NCBI GenBank assembly: GCA_046563655.1
Contig: CM102290.1
Coordinates: forward strand, 8,494,001-8,558,000
Length of the DNA: 64,000 nucleotides
Source of the DNA: Yuukianura sp. NJ FZ-2021
Lineage: Eukaryota
Direction of reading: 5' to 3'
Made by a program: the position numbers and the translations under genes. This document shows positions 1 through 14,047 of the stretch, piece by piece (positions within the stretch are counted from its first letter, which is position 1; every line of letters begins with the position of its first letter). Below the pieces are notes generated by a model. That model was not told the DNA's origin. It saw nothing but the letters and a program-made list of their open reading frames with translations, and did not search any database.

Positions 1-1374
1 TAATTAGTCAATTAATCTATTAAATCACTTACCTTACTGATACTGACACCAAAACATGAGATGAGAAGTGATGAGATGATGATGATTGATGACGATGAAA
101 GACAAATGACGACGAGACGGAAGAAAAAGGAGAACAAAAACAAAGAAAACACGAAAGAAAAAACAAAAGAAAACAAACTCGCTTTTTATACTGAAAAAAA
201 TTCCGCGCGGAAAAAGTCTCACGTTTACGCTTTAGTCAGCATATTGAAGAAACAATATTAATTTACACGTGATGCGAATTTTCAAGATTTCAAAATAAAA
301 CGATTACAAGAAAAAATTAATACAAAATCGTTTTTTAGTTTATAAAAAATCGGTTATTCTAATTTGTACAAAAGCCCTATGTTTCCTCTGTGTAGGGTGT
401 AGCGAGGAATAAAAGTTGGCAATATTGTTTACCCTTTATGCAAAACCGATTATCCAGTCTACTTTTGGCGTTTACGTAAACAATGTTTGTCATGATTGTC
501 GGTATTTTTCCTTAATAAACAACCTTGGGAAATCTTACATTGTTTATACGTTTACCGTTTTGATAATCCAATGTAGTCAATGCATGCGGCTATGTATATG
601 TTTACACAATTAAATACATTGTTGGCTACCTTCGTTTGGAGAATGTTATACCGGCATGCCGTAAGTGCAGGGTACTGGTACAATCTAGTTAAGCGCCAGC
701 CAACGCGACGTGTTTACATTTCTAACTACGTCATGTACTGCTTTCTACATTGTTTATGTTTATTGTACCGGGAAAATATACTTAACTAAAAACAAGATAT
801 GTTTATATTCCACATTTGACATATAACAGCGTCACATTACATTCCTGAACCTTACCTTCGCTACTTTTGGTATATGCACGATATTAGCAGTAGTAAGTTT
901 GAAGTGTCGCTTGGTTAATCTTTACTAGGAGTGCAAATACAAAATTATTAATGCATTTGTTCATATTCTCGTCAGGCGAGGCACTAAACGGGCCAAAAAA
1001 CCTAGCAGTCGACTTACATCCTGCGATACCCGGGGAATAACTTCCATATCTCGGGTTCCTCAGTGCCAATAACATGCTTCCACCTACACTCCCGCCTCCG
1101 AAAACACCGAAACACAACAACCTCCTCTTCCTTTCGTTGCCCAACTTTCCCAAAATAAGAAAGATGCAATTTATTTCGGAAGATTTCACAAATTATTTCT
1201 ATTCGGGAAGAAAATATTTACTTGATTGGAGGCACATTTTGTAAAGATTGGAAGGAAGGGGGTTAAGGGCTTCGCGTTATCATCATTTCATTCGAGCCCT
1301 TCCCCATCTCCCCCGCCACATTTCAAAATAAATATGGAATTCGGGTTGTCATTGTTTCAAAGTGTCGGGGGCCC

Positions 1375-4300
1375 TTAGCGACCACCCATTCCAAACTCCC
1401 GGGCATCGTCCTCTGTTACGTCGCCATACTGCCAAACACCTCGATGTTCAGTCTTCGCCTCCTTCTCTGCTTGTTTATACTTTTGGATCTGAAATAATTG
1501 GACGTTCGTTTAGATACTTCGTTAGACTTGTACTTTGACAAGAGTTCATTAACACAAAGAAACAATTAGACTTACTAGCTTTAGAAGGCGACGCTCCCTT
1601 CTGTTCTCAGCATGTAGAAGCCCATCGCGTAGCAGAAGTTCTTGCACGTCCTCTTGAGTCGTACTGGCCTCATTCATCAAAGTCACGTACTCAACGCCAC
1701 CATTCTGGAACGAAATACACTTTTTGTTAGTTTTTCTTATAATTTAAGACAAACTGACAAAATAATTTGGAAAGCTCGATTTCATCGTTACCTTGTACTC
1801 AACATTCAATTGAAATCTGCCGTAATCCAACTCTTGTTTGAGTGCAGCGTTGCTCTCAGCTGCGTAGTCGGGCTACAATATAACAATCAGCAATCGTTGA
1901 GATCATCATGAAATGCTGTCCAAAATGTACTTTTCGTTTTTAAAATACCGCTTACATCAACTGGAAGAGTGACGCAGGCCAGAACGTACTCTTTGGCATA
2001 TCCAGGAGCCGTTGCTCCAGGTAATGATGGCAACGCAGCGCACTTAGCACCAGAAATCGTCTCACCGTTTCCATAGTCAATGTACTGAATTTGAAATTGG
2101 CGATTTGGAAGCTCTTTGACAATTTTGGCTCGGTACCACTCTCCGTCCGCACTGTATTTTGCAACGAATATCGTGTCTGAAAAAAAAATGTAAGACCAAT
2201 GACATAACGAAACTCGCCGTATCGTATCGGTTATCGTTTCGCTACTCCGATACGGCATAAAAGTACAACGTACCTCTCTTTGGCGTGAAAGAACCAGACA
2301 GCGGTGGATTTGCTGCCAGTTCTTTTCGAATTTCGTTAGTTAAACTTTCCAGTTTGTCTCCCTGTAAAAAAAAATACGTGTGTAAAGTGTACGTACAAAG
2401 TCTAAAAATACATTCAGGAGTTGGAAGCTGTTTTCCTTACATCATCAGTGTACTGGACAAAGACATGGAGATCGTCCGTGACGTGTGTTACTACGACCGT
2501 TTTCAGGTCCACTTTTCGTTCCGTCTTGTCGTCTTCTGTTTTGACTTCATCCTTAACTTCGACATAGTCATGCCAGATCTAAAGTTCCAGAAATTAGTTA
2601 CAAAATGTCTTTAATTGATTACCAATTGTACAATTTAACTCTTACGTTCGCTCTTCGTTCCTTTACACTGTCTTCAGCTTGTTTAAGCGACCGGAAGTAT
2701 TGTGTTTTCTCTGCTGTAAAATGAACTGATGCATATCCAGCTTCGACTAAAGCCAAACTCAAATTCCGGCTTCCAATCCACATCCACCTAAAATTACAAA
2801 AGCCCAAAATTATTTCTAAAAATCACATTACATATATACACATTGTCATTTTATGAAATACTTTGGAATTTTGATCTCAAATGCTTTGATTCTTACCCAA
2901 TGAAGTTTCCGGCCTTGTCAATGTCATCAACTTCAATTTCGACGTCTCTCTGAAGACACAAATCTTTTGTAAAGTTTCTTGCTTCATTACCAAACGGTTC
3001 TCCAGCAATATTTTCTCGTGTTTTGGGATCTGGTCGGTCTCCTCTTGGACAACTGATTCCAGCCAACAGGAAAGTAATGATTCTGGACTCACGTGGGACG
3101 TACAGTCGGAGACGAGAACCTGAAGCCACAAATTCTACAACAGCTGATGTTCGTCCTGCTCTCTTGAAGAACGGAAGAAATTGCTTGGCTTTAACAGAAT
3201 CCTGTTAAAATTAATCATAAGTTAAAAACAAATTAATGAAAAATTAACAAACTAAACAGAGTGTTAAACTCACCCCTGTGATGTCCACGACAGTTTGTGT
3301 CTTGATTTCCTTTTTGCTGTTAAGTCCCTTGGATTCCTTGATAGCTTTGGCTTCGGCAGCGAGTAATAAGTCATAGTCGGATGCTCTCTGATCGTCATCT
3401 TGTCGATACCTCACAACTGTTGCATAACCTTTACTCAACAGTGCCTCTCCAATGTTCCTGTGAAACACAGACAACAAACATTAACATTGTATACAAACAT
3501 ACGGTTTATACATTAACATTGCAATCGAATGAAATGAAAGCGAGAAAAAAAATTAATCACGATTCGTGATTCACGAATGGAACAAATCACTAGAAAAAGA
3601 TTAGATAACTTTGTATACTTACGTTCCTTCGCATTTCACAGTGCAGCACATCTTTTCTTGAAATCCTTTATCGGCTGGCTGGACATAATCAACGGTGACT
3701 TGAACGTTATGACCAATCAGCTTTTTGCGCATGTACTCTCTCGCTTCAAACATAAGCGGAACGTCATAGAGTGGACGGAAGTTGGCCCGCTTTGTATCAG
3801 CATCCTTCTCCTCCTGGGACCTTTCATCTGGAAGTCTTAAGACATTTAACGATTAGTATTTGAACATCGATTCTTCGGTTACGTTCATGTTATTCATCAC
3901 TAATACCTGGGAGCGCGAATGCTGGCAAGAAAAATCTTCCTTGTCGTGCCATCAGGTAATCTGACCATGAGAGAGTCTCCATTGAAAATTTCCGTGACGA
4001 CGGCAGTGAACTGGTGACCTTTCATGCCACTATGGCTCCCCACATTCTCTTGGTAATCTCTCCAAATTCGTAATTTACGCTCCTTTGCGGATTTTTCAGC
4101 TGCACGTAACTTTTCAGCTCCTCCAGTAACAAATCCCATGGACCAATCAATGCAACGAGCAAAACCTTCTCGGAGAAGAAGTTCAGCAATGTTTCCATTC
4201 TGAATAAGTTATATTAAAGTAAGTTAAAACAATTAGGCAATATCAAAAAAGTAAAGTAAACAGATTGGTCTTACGGGATGAACAATTGATCCAACAAAGT

Positions 4301-5603
4301 TTTGATTGTTGACAGATTCCAAAATGACTTCGACATCCTGCTGGAGTAGTCGAAATTCTGTAAAGTTTCGAGCCTCTTCAGCAAACGGTTCAGTGGCAGT
4401 TCGATCCGGCTTTCCTTCAGAGTCTAGTTTGAAACCAGGAGACTACGAAGCAAAAGGCAAAAACTATAGTGTTTGAACTTTACGTCATTGTAAACGGATT
4501 CGAACTTGAACTAAAACTTACCCGAATACCGGACATCATGATTGTGATGTAATGATTCGTTTGTGGCAGAATGACTCGGACCGTTGAACCATCTCGAACG
4601 TGTTCGACAATCGCAGGCACTGGTTTTCGCGCCAGTTTGTCAACAAGTGTCCTTGGCTCATTCACGGTCCAAATCACTTCACGTAAATGGCTCTGGACAA
4701 AAAAATGACAAAAATTAATACACAATTGAAAATGCAATAATTTCGATAACATCCAAAGAGAAGTAAATACCTCGGCATTGGGTGACCATTTTCCACGCTG
4801 AGCTGATTTTGCACTTTCTTCAAGTTCTAGCAATTTTTCATTTCCTTTTCCTTCTTTACGTACAGAAGCCAATCCTTCAGACACAATAGATTCAGCAACG
4901 TTTTCTCCTGATTCAACATCGTTTCCCAGATAAATGGATCCATATTCACGACCACTAGCTGGAGCCTTGTAATCCACAACGAAAAGAACCATTTTGCCAA
5001 GAAGTTTCTTCCGAAGGAATTCGCGAGCTTCAAAAGCATATGGCTCTTCCTTTGTGTCTTCCCTGCGAAACAAACAAGAGAAAACAAACATTCAGTAAAC
5101 AGTCTGTAACTATTGCAATTATGGTTTAATGAGTAATCACTTACGGTTTGACATTACCGCCAGGTCGTCGTCCAAGTCGTGGAGCCGTGACATTCGACAG
5201 ATTGAGTTGTCGATCAGGAAGCGGTGGCACGCGATTCGGTGGTCCTCGGATCATCACGGAATCTCCCGATAAAACCTGCAACAATCAATAAAACACTTAA
5301 AGCCACTTTTCGGCATGAATTCGTATCGTAATGTATTATCGCCCACGATTCTGGATCATGCTACATAAACTAGAGACCGACCAGAAGTCTAACCAGAGGC
5401 ACTATTTGTACATCTTGTGCCTATAACCTGGATCTTCTGACATACGTTTACACAAGTGGAGCCAAAAAACCGGCTTAAATCCAATTTACATCTAACCGTT
5501 CTTGCAGTCCCATGTTCAAGTTGTATCCAGGACATACCTGTTTGATAATTCCTCGACACAGGAGTGGTGACAGTCCACTTGGAGTCGGAGTGGGTGTAGC
5601 CAT
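1375..5603 (-). CDS. SND1: Staphylococcal nuclease domain-containing protein 1 (Tudor-SN), multi-exon
   Basis: Starts [35 protein letters not shown]-domain peptides [52 protein letters not shown]; Tudor [22 protein letters not shown]; ends [25 protein letters not shown] introns join the ORF fragments. Confidence 0.96.
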
Positions 5604-8600
5604 GTTAATTTCAATTTCAAATTCAAGTTACCGGCTAAGATACGGAATGGGCTCAATTTGACAGTCTTTTTGAAGTACTCAAATGATGTCGTATGGCTCT
5701 GGAAGACAGTCACAGACTCGACGTGTCCGGAGGAAGTAGTGCCCAATGGAAGAGAGAAGATAGTACGTTCCTAATTAACAATTAATACTAAAAAGTTAAG
5801 ATGTTTATCCAGGAGAACCTCAACAAATGCCGACTGACTTATGACTTATTCAAGCGCATATGTTTCTTACTCAAGCCGCACGCAGAATTCCTCTCGTCCA
5901 AAACAATCCAAATGACACAATGGAACGGATGAGGGACACGTTGCTTCCAACTCTCTCAACTACTCAGCTTGTTCCCAATTCGCACTACGGAGTTATGTGC
6001 CACCGTTTAGAACTGACACATCAGCTGGTTATCTGTTGAGCAGTTTTAGTGTAAATAAACAATTATAGGCTTTTTCAACCTTTCTTGCTGTAGAAACACT
6101 GAAGGCAAAAAAATAGGTTACGAATAGATTTTATGATAACACTTTTCTTTTAAATACGTTTGTAAAACATCATTTACGCTAATATATTATTAATTGGCTG
6201 TTATTAAAGGCTATTTTATTTTATTTTTTTTTATTATCTCGTTTGTGTGTCTCTCAATTTTAAATTTGTATAATTATTTTAACTTTTGCGGCGTTTATTA
6301 TTTTATGTGTTAAATTTCTAAATTACGCTTTAATGTTTGAATAATATAGGTTTATTTACAAATCAAATTATTATAACAGATATACGTTGCGCACCACACT
6401 AACACTAGAATGCGAAAATGATTTCGCTATGATGCCGGTAGGTGGCGCCGATAGACTATTTTTTATTTGCCAATGACGCTTTATAGAAATCAATATTTTG
6501 AGTGACTAAATAAAAAATAATAGTAAAACTATATATAAAATCTGTAGGTAACAATTCTAATTAGAGTTGAATACACAGTTAGTCATACTTTACACCGTTA
6601 CAACATTACAACAACTAATTAATGTAATTGAGCTAACGTAAGATACAGGCTAACGTTATTGATTTCCATATTTCATCGAAAAATTATAGTTCTACTCCTC
6701 AAAAATTCCCAAACTATGTAATAGAATTTGCAAAACGCGACATGAAATACTTGTAATTTCATAATTACCAAAAGTAATTACTGTAATTAGCTCCAACCAT
6801 CATAGTCACAATCCCAAAGATTGGTCGTTCATTTTCAAATCTTTTGCAAGTATAATTTTCATATTCACTTGAAACAAAAGTTCAAAAATCAATTGATTTT
6901 AATATAACAACAATAGGAAAGATGTTACAGGTTAACCTAATATGCTGCTGTGCATTTCTAATTAATTGAATCCATTTTGACTCAGTTGACGTTTGGGCGG
7001 GACGAGCGCTTGAGCATAACAATTGTGGCCAGACTCATTCATTTTTTTTATGTTGGAAACCGTTGTTGTACAACTTTTGAACAACTTTGTACAAAATGGT
7101 TAAGTTAAAATATGGAGCTAAATAAATTGAGTCAAAGTTAATAATGGAGAGCGACCGCATGGAGTGCATACGAATGAAGTCACCCACACTTAAGTTCAGA
7201 GTAACTTAACGTAAGTAATATGTGGATTAATTGCTCTCGGAACAATTACTACATCGCGTCTTCGATTCCCAGTAACAGACAATTTCCAAAAAAAAAAGTT
7301 GAAGTGATTTTGATCAATTTCCAAGTGCAAATTTTTGGCGACTTCCCATTCTTGTGAGGTAAGGGCCTTCGTAGCCCATAAATCAAGGGAGAAGATCAAT
7401 TTACTCTTTGATCCTATCAATTTTTCCATCTCGCAAAAATAACAATTGAGGGTGGGATGGAGCTAAACTGGTCGATTCCCTGACTCTTATGTACGCTTAA
7501 GTGTTGGACCAGTATTTTTATTGACGGTCACTTACTACACATTACCGAACAAAATACCTAACCTAAACATATCCGTAGTCACCGTCTATAGGTGGCCGTG
7601 CATAAGAATTATAGTCCATGAGTGACCGTTCGTAAATGTCGGGTTACGCAACTTGGTCAGAACATGAACATCTTTGGACTTCTTGTCTATTATGACTCTT
7701 CAAACTAATCTATACAACAGTCAACAACAGCAGAAAGTTTACAACACCATAAAAATTTACTAAACATACACAAAAGATTTACTACAAATTGGAGTAAAAC
7801 ACAAAAAAAGGGGTACAGAAAGTTTTAACGGAAAATTACATCTAACATACGAGTTTTCTGAAGAAAGAAAATTCCATAAAATAAGTTTTAAAAAATGTTT
7901 TGAATAAATTGTGATCAATATTTTAACACGTCACAATTTCCGACCAAAGATTCAAAAATTATTGATTGTGATGCACTGAAAAGTTTCTTTTGCGAGCAAA
8001 AACTAAAATCTTGCTTATAGAGTTTGACTTTCTAATATAACGCTGATTTGGGGTTTTTAAAGTTTTTTTTTGTTTTTTGTTTTTTTTTAAAAAACCTTTC
8101 CTTACACTTAACCTTTTCTAAAATTCACGCTTTTTATGCATATCTTATTGTTTGCTTTTTTTTGCAAGGTTTTTCCTTGTTTGTGGAGAAATAAATGTTT
8201 TTGGCGAAACGACGCGTAGCCTCTCGTGGACATGAGGAAGAGGGAAGTCGGCTTGAGTTTAATTACAAGGTGCGTAGAAGTTGTAAATTTAAGTACAATT
8301 ATGAATTTAAATGTAATATGATTGTAAGTGAAATACTTAACGGGATGAGTTGCGTGGGATGAAGCTGGAGGAGATGGACTTTGTGTCTAAATTTGAGCTG
8401 TGAAATTGGACCATTTGAAGCCAAAGTGAATTGGGTTGTTGGTCATTTGAGTCCAAATTTGGTAAGTTTAAAGGAAGAAGTGTCTAATTATTCATATTTT
8501 TCAGACAGGAACAACACTGTTACACCACTCAAACACAAGGGAAGAATACATTAATTAACAATAATCTTAACCTATGCAAAAGGAAAACACCCTAAATTTA

Positions 8601-10911
8601 CATCTTCAGATGAGCTAAACGTTTTGAAAGAAAAGAAGCAGCATTGGCATGTTTTCCACATTTTTTTTAAATTTGCATTTGGAAGCAATCGAGTAGAAAA
8701 TACGATTTTTTTGGCGCCGGTGTTTCAAATATGCCAAAAAGTGGAAGTAATAATTTCGAATTTTCGAGTGCAAAATGACAGCCAGAGTCTTAGAAACTGT
8801 TGAGTACTATTTAGTTTATTAAAGAACACCTTTGGAATTTTTGAAATTTGGAACTATTTTTTTTTTGTTAACCTCTATCTTAGTTCATGATTTGCAAAAA
8901 GATTACACAAATTTCTGAGCATAAAATTTAATCTATTAAAAGGTCTGAGTTCGAATTTGAAAGTATTTAAAATTTTGCAATTTCTCAAATCCTCATAGAA
9001 ATTTTGAGATTTTGAGAATTTTTACAAAATGCCAACCATTTTCTTCAGTGAAGCAAATGTTGTGAAAATTCCAAAGTTTTGAATAGTTTTTCAGGTTTTT
9101 CAATGTTGATTTTTCTGACGGTATTGCAACGCCTTAGAATCCGAAGAAAATTTAAAATTTTTGAGGTCCAAAACTTGTACAAATGCAACAAAATTTTGTG
9201 TTTACTTTTCTTTATACTTTGCCCGCGTATAATTTTCTGTTCTCGCTTATGTTACATTTTATCTCAAATTTCGTCCATTTGAAGCGGGAGATTTCAAAAT
9301 CCGAAATTCGTTTTGATCTCTTCTAATCTTGTTTTTTTTTAATCCAGTCCCTGTATAGTATGGTTTTGTTGTTGTCCTGACTCATTTGTTGGTTGTTTTT
9401 TCGTTGTAATGAGAATGAGTGTTTAGAATGAAGACTAAGGACTCTTTTTATTCCTTTGAAGGTAAGTTATGCATGTGGTGGACTTGGTGTGTTGGTGGAT
9501 TTGGGTGACTCCACCCTGTGAAATGGGTGAAACCCAAAACCCAAAGTCATTTCAAAAGCAAAAAGAAAAACACTTCAAAAGAAATTTTGGAATTTGAACT
9601 CCACCTCTGACAGATTTCTCAATATGGCCCATAAATAGGCATCCTCATCATCACTCCAAAAAATAAGAAAAAATTGCGATTCATTGAATCCCGCCGATCA
9701 TCAGTTAGCTGGACACTCAACTTTCGACGGCTCAGCATAGTCGTCGCAAATGTCACCAACTTGTAGCAGGAACTCCCGCGGGATCAAATGTCACTGGTGG
9801 TCGACTAGGAGAAGATGTCGCCGTGTCATTGGCTGGGGAACGACGTCCTGTGATTGGCTCAGCAAAAGTTGTCACTTGTGCGTGGTTGGCTCCAAGAAGA
9901 TAATTTGTCACCACTCGAATTCTTGTCTCAACAATTTACTGCCAGTCATACTTTTGCGTTGATGAATTTGCCCCATTTGAAATATCCAATGATGTTGCCG
10001 AAAAAAATTGCATAAATACGATTTCAGTTATGTACATTTCAAAATTTGAGGAATTTGAACACAAAACGATGGAGGCACGGATGAAGTAGAATGAATGTTA
10101 CAAAAAATAGGACGAGGGAAGCATAACTACAAATTATTTAGACGTTGGTTTGTGAAAATTTTGGCTTTTTTCTTTTATTAATTTCTTGTCATTCTCTTAC
10201 ACTTTAGAGTATATTTTAGCGTCAAAGTTTTGTATAATCTTAAAATTGAATCTTGAAATTTGAATCACTTTTTGAAAGTTTAAATTTAAATCACAGAAGT
10301 TAAGTGTGATTTCCGTATATATATTTAGCACTCTTTTTTTATGTTCTAAACTCTTGAGTAATTTTAGTTTCAAAATTTAATAACACACACGATGCTTGAA
10401 ACTTTCAATTTTCTCCTCCCTTGGTTCGCGTGTGAACTTTTAACATTTTTTTCTTTTGTTCCTCATCCGTAATTTGGAAAATCATCCACTTGAATTTTTT
10501 TTCTTGAAATTTTGACACTTTGAGGTAGACGATGACATGACACAAATTTGTTCCCCTCTTCAACCTGTTGCGTTGCTTATTCGAAAAAAAGGAGAGTTCA
10601 CAATTTACGTAAGCACAACAGTCACCGTATACACTCAAGGTTAAAAATCGCCTTTGAAGAAATGCGTTTTTAGAATCCCAGATTTCTCGATTGCCAATAG
10701 TATGCTTCACTAGATTCTTAACATTTGCAGTTTCGAATTTCTCATATGAAATCTGTGTGTTTCATAATTTGGAAATTCGGGGGAGATTTTCCTCCCATTT
10801 TTAAAATTTCACGGTCGCCAATATTGTTTTAACACTCCGTAGTGGTGTCGTAGAGCCTCAGAGTCAACAGAACAAAACTCGTAGAAATTGTGAAATTCGG
10901 CAGTGATTTTT

Positions 10912-12036
10912 TCAAATCTCTTGACGATTTTCAAGGACTTCGGATTCCAATGCAGGCACTGCAGCCCGATTGTCGCCAACACTAATTCCTTGAACATTTT
11001 CGGGCAAGTAGTCTTTCCAACTTCGGAACAAATAGCGGGTAAATTTTCGTAATTGTCTAAATTTACAATAAGTTGCACCTTCAGCAGATTCCAGCTGCTG
11101 CGTCTGAATCAGGAATCCTTTTTCCTTGAACGTTTTCTCCAGTGTCTCACGCATCAGCGATTTTCTCGTCCTACGCTTGCGTTTACTCGAGTCCCTACAC
11201 GACACGACTGACGCCGAGTCATCTTCGGAAGACGAGGAGCAGTCTTCCGCTCGAGACGGAGAGTGGATAGGCGAAGTCAGTTCCGAAGGGTCTACAGGCT
11301 GGAAGCTTCCAGCGCTCTGAGGTACTGGAAACGGCTGAATCGCTGGCACTTGTGGTATTTTACAGCCGAGAAGATGACCTTGACCTTTGACTCCCCGACT
11401 CGGCTGTTTGTCTGAATAAAACCGAAAGTTCCCGCCAGAGTCAACACTGAGCATTTTCTTTTCCTGGAGCGTTGGTTTCACGCCTCCGGTAAATTTGAAC
11501 TTGCAGATACTCACTTCTGACGGTGGGGGAGGGGGGTGGGGCGGTGGGTGTGAGCCCAACTTGTCCAGCAATTTCTTCGTACGCTTTCTGGAGCGTGGGG
11601 GTGGGGCAAGTGGCTTTGGCCTGACTAGAACTGAATCACTGCTGGTGGTAGAGGGGTGTCTTTTGTCACGTAAACAGAGGTTGAGGGGTTCTTCCGGGGG
11701 GAGTGCGGGGTCAGGGGTCACCACCCCCGGATCAGACATCACCGGAGAGGTGTCATGACCTTGAACTAGAGTCGTGTTGGGGTGATTGACGTAGGTCAGG
11801 GGGAAGGAGATTCCATAGTTTTTGGATATGAGGTGGCAAATGTCAGCTTTCTTGGGCTTCCGGCCGCGCCGTGGCCTTGTGTCAAATGTCATTTCGCCCA
11901 TGTACGGCAAGTTGTTCATGAGGGTTCCGGTGGCTGGAAGTCCACACTTGTCGCCTTCGAGTCCATGACGCTTCTGACGACTTCCACTGTCACTGGAGTG
12001 ATCCAGCCGCCGCCCGGCTGAACTACCCGTGGCCAT
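10912..12036 (-). CDS. Uncharacterised protein, probably nuclear (374 aa; true start may be Met40 at 11919)
   Basis: Uninterrupted 374-codon GC-richer ORF in AT-rich DNA; basic PRRGRKPKK motif, EPLNL motif, NLS-like KRKRRTRK, ordered C-terminal block ATYCKFRQLRKFTRYLFRSWKDYLP; upstream splice acceptor (tttcaattttcag) near 12426. Confidence 0.75.
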   Translation of the reverse strand: MATGSSAGRRLDHSSDSGSRQKRHGLEGDKCGLPATGTLMNNLPYMGEMTFDTRPRRGRKPKKADICHLISKNYGISFPLTYVNHPNTTLVQGHDTSPVMSDPGVVTPDPALPPEEPLNLCLRDKRHPSTTSSDSVLVRPKPLAPPPRSRKRTKKLLDKLGSHPPPHPPPPPSEVSICKFKFTGGVKPTLQEKKMLSVDSGGNFRFYSDKQPSRGVKGQGHLLGCKIPQVPAIQPFPVPQSAGSFQPVDPSELTSPIHSPSRAEDCSSSSEDDSASVVSCRDSSKRKRRTRKSLMRETLEKTFKEKGFLIQTQQLESAEGATYCKFRQLRKFTRYLFRSWKDYLPENVQGISVGDNRAAVPALESEVLENRQEI

Positions 12037-14047
12037 AGGGCGCTGAATCCATCTTGACCTTTGACCTTTAGTCTACTGCTAATACTGGACGCTTCGGCTT
12101 CTGGCAGCTTCTCTACTCCGCCGTGTCTTCATGTCGACTTCAGTCGAGAAACAAAAGACGGGAATGGCAGTGGAAGGTGAAATTCGCCTGAATTCGTCCA
12201 AGCTCAAACAGGGTTTGTCAATCTCTTCATGCAAAATGTTGGGTGGGTTGTTGGGTTTCATATGAGAAAGGGGTGAATCGAAAAAGAGGAGGGTGTAGTT
12301 GTAGAACGTTTTTTAGTAGTTGCTTAAGAAACCACTAAAATTTTGAAGACTTAAACAGACTTATGAGTAAACCGCATTGACCCATTTCATTAACCCGGAA
12401 ATCCCGAAGGGGTATATTCACAATTCTGAAAATTGAAACAGTTGTAGTTACTAACTCAAAGACTAAATTCTACTTTTTTGAATTTTTTTTGCGTATGCAA
12501 AAACCCATACATTTTAAGCCATTAACCCTCCGGGGTTTAAGCCTTGACCCCGCCAAACCCTGGCGGAGAAGAGGTGAAAGAAATCTCGAGTGAATTTCTT
12601 TTCATTATATTTTTGGGCCTCCACTTCACCAAAATTTCTGCACCTCATCCCTGATCTTCTTTTTCGAAAAAATGCCGATTCGAATTATATTGCAAAAAAG
12701 TGGAGTTCCAAAAATAGATTTTCTCAAAAACCGAAACGTTTTTTCGCTTTTCAAATACAAAGGGAAAAAAGGCCCGGTTTTTCTTCAAAAAAAAATACCA
12801 CAAAAAATTTTGCAAATGCAAACATATCACTGGTCCAACTTTTGCGTAGTGTTCAAAATTAGTCTATTTTGAGCACTACACACTTTTGAAAGAAAATCTG
12901 AAAAACTTTTTTTTACAAGTGCCAAATATGGACTAGATCCAAAATTCGCTTTGAAACACTGTGACTTCGGATCTATTTTCAGGTTTTCGTTCCAAATTCA
13001 AACCGAAAAACGTGTCGGAAAATTTTCAGACCAAAATTTATTTCGGAATAAAAATTCTTGATCAAAACATTTCCGCTTTCGTCAACTTCTTTACCAAAAA
13101 AATTCGACGAGGCAATTTAAAGGTATTTTTCTTTTTCTTCAAATTTTAGCTTTGATTATTTTGATTCAAAAATTCAAAATCTTGCTTCTTTGTGTGATGC
13201 AGAGCAAACTCACTACTTGATGCAAAAACTCGATGATTGATGCAAAAATTTGGCGCCTGAATTCAAGCATCTAAAATGCTGCATCTTTGCAAAGTAAAAA
13301 AAAACACAAAACCAAAGAAAAAAAACTTTTTTTTTTGGCTTTTCATAACTTTCTCTTACACCAATTTTATTTCATCGGTAAGATTTTCAATTGAACAGAA
13401 AATAGAGCAAGGTTTGAACAAGTTTTTTTGAAACCTTCCGTAAATATGACATAAACCAGTGCCACCGAGCAAAGGTTATTTACAACACACACGCTTTCTT
13501 GGAAGGACGCCTGTTCTCTTTTCCGCTTTTACATTTCTCAAGTTCTTCCCTTATTTGAACATAGTACATAAGGGAATATTAGAACTAAGGAAGACTATAT
13601 ATATAACGAAAAAAAAAACATAAATAGATTCAACTCTGACTCTCATAAATAAATAAAAATAAAAGCAGCCAATTACAATTTGGAAAACAAACAACAAGTT
13701 TTGAACAAAAGCCATTTTAAAATGAGAGGGAACCGTTATGTTTTAAGCCAATAACATTTTAGAACTTTTTCTGGAAAAAAGTTATTCCATTATTTCCAAC
13801 ATTTGTGCAAAAACAGGCACGAAACAAAATTAATTGTACCAAGAGAAAAAGTTCACTCGGGTAGGAAGTATGCTATAGAATTGTCAAGTGATTGGGGAAG
13901 GATTATAGGGAAATTAATTGGTTGGGAATTGTAAAGCATTTGAATTAATTGACAGTTAGAAATCTTCAATGTTAGTTCAACTATTTTGAGTGACAACTGA
14001 TGAAGTTAAGAGGAAGCAGAAAAAGGTGTTCACGGTTTAGCTCATTT

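Noticed and set aside
1..260. Possible first exon of a minus-strand gene leaving the window (tandem gtaag donors at ~26-36) and the low-complexity ORFs here
   Set aside because: No recognisable coding content and no downstream exon visible to support it.
2216..2256. Small hairpin (GCCGTATCG...CGATACGGC) in a short SND1 intron, possible mirtron
   Set aside because: The stem is only 9 bp and does not reach the splice sites.
12079..12261. Stop-codon readthrough from the 60-aa ORF into the 374-aa ORF
   Set aside because: Two in-frame TAG codons (TAG CAG TAG) would both need to be read through; treated as a uORF instead.
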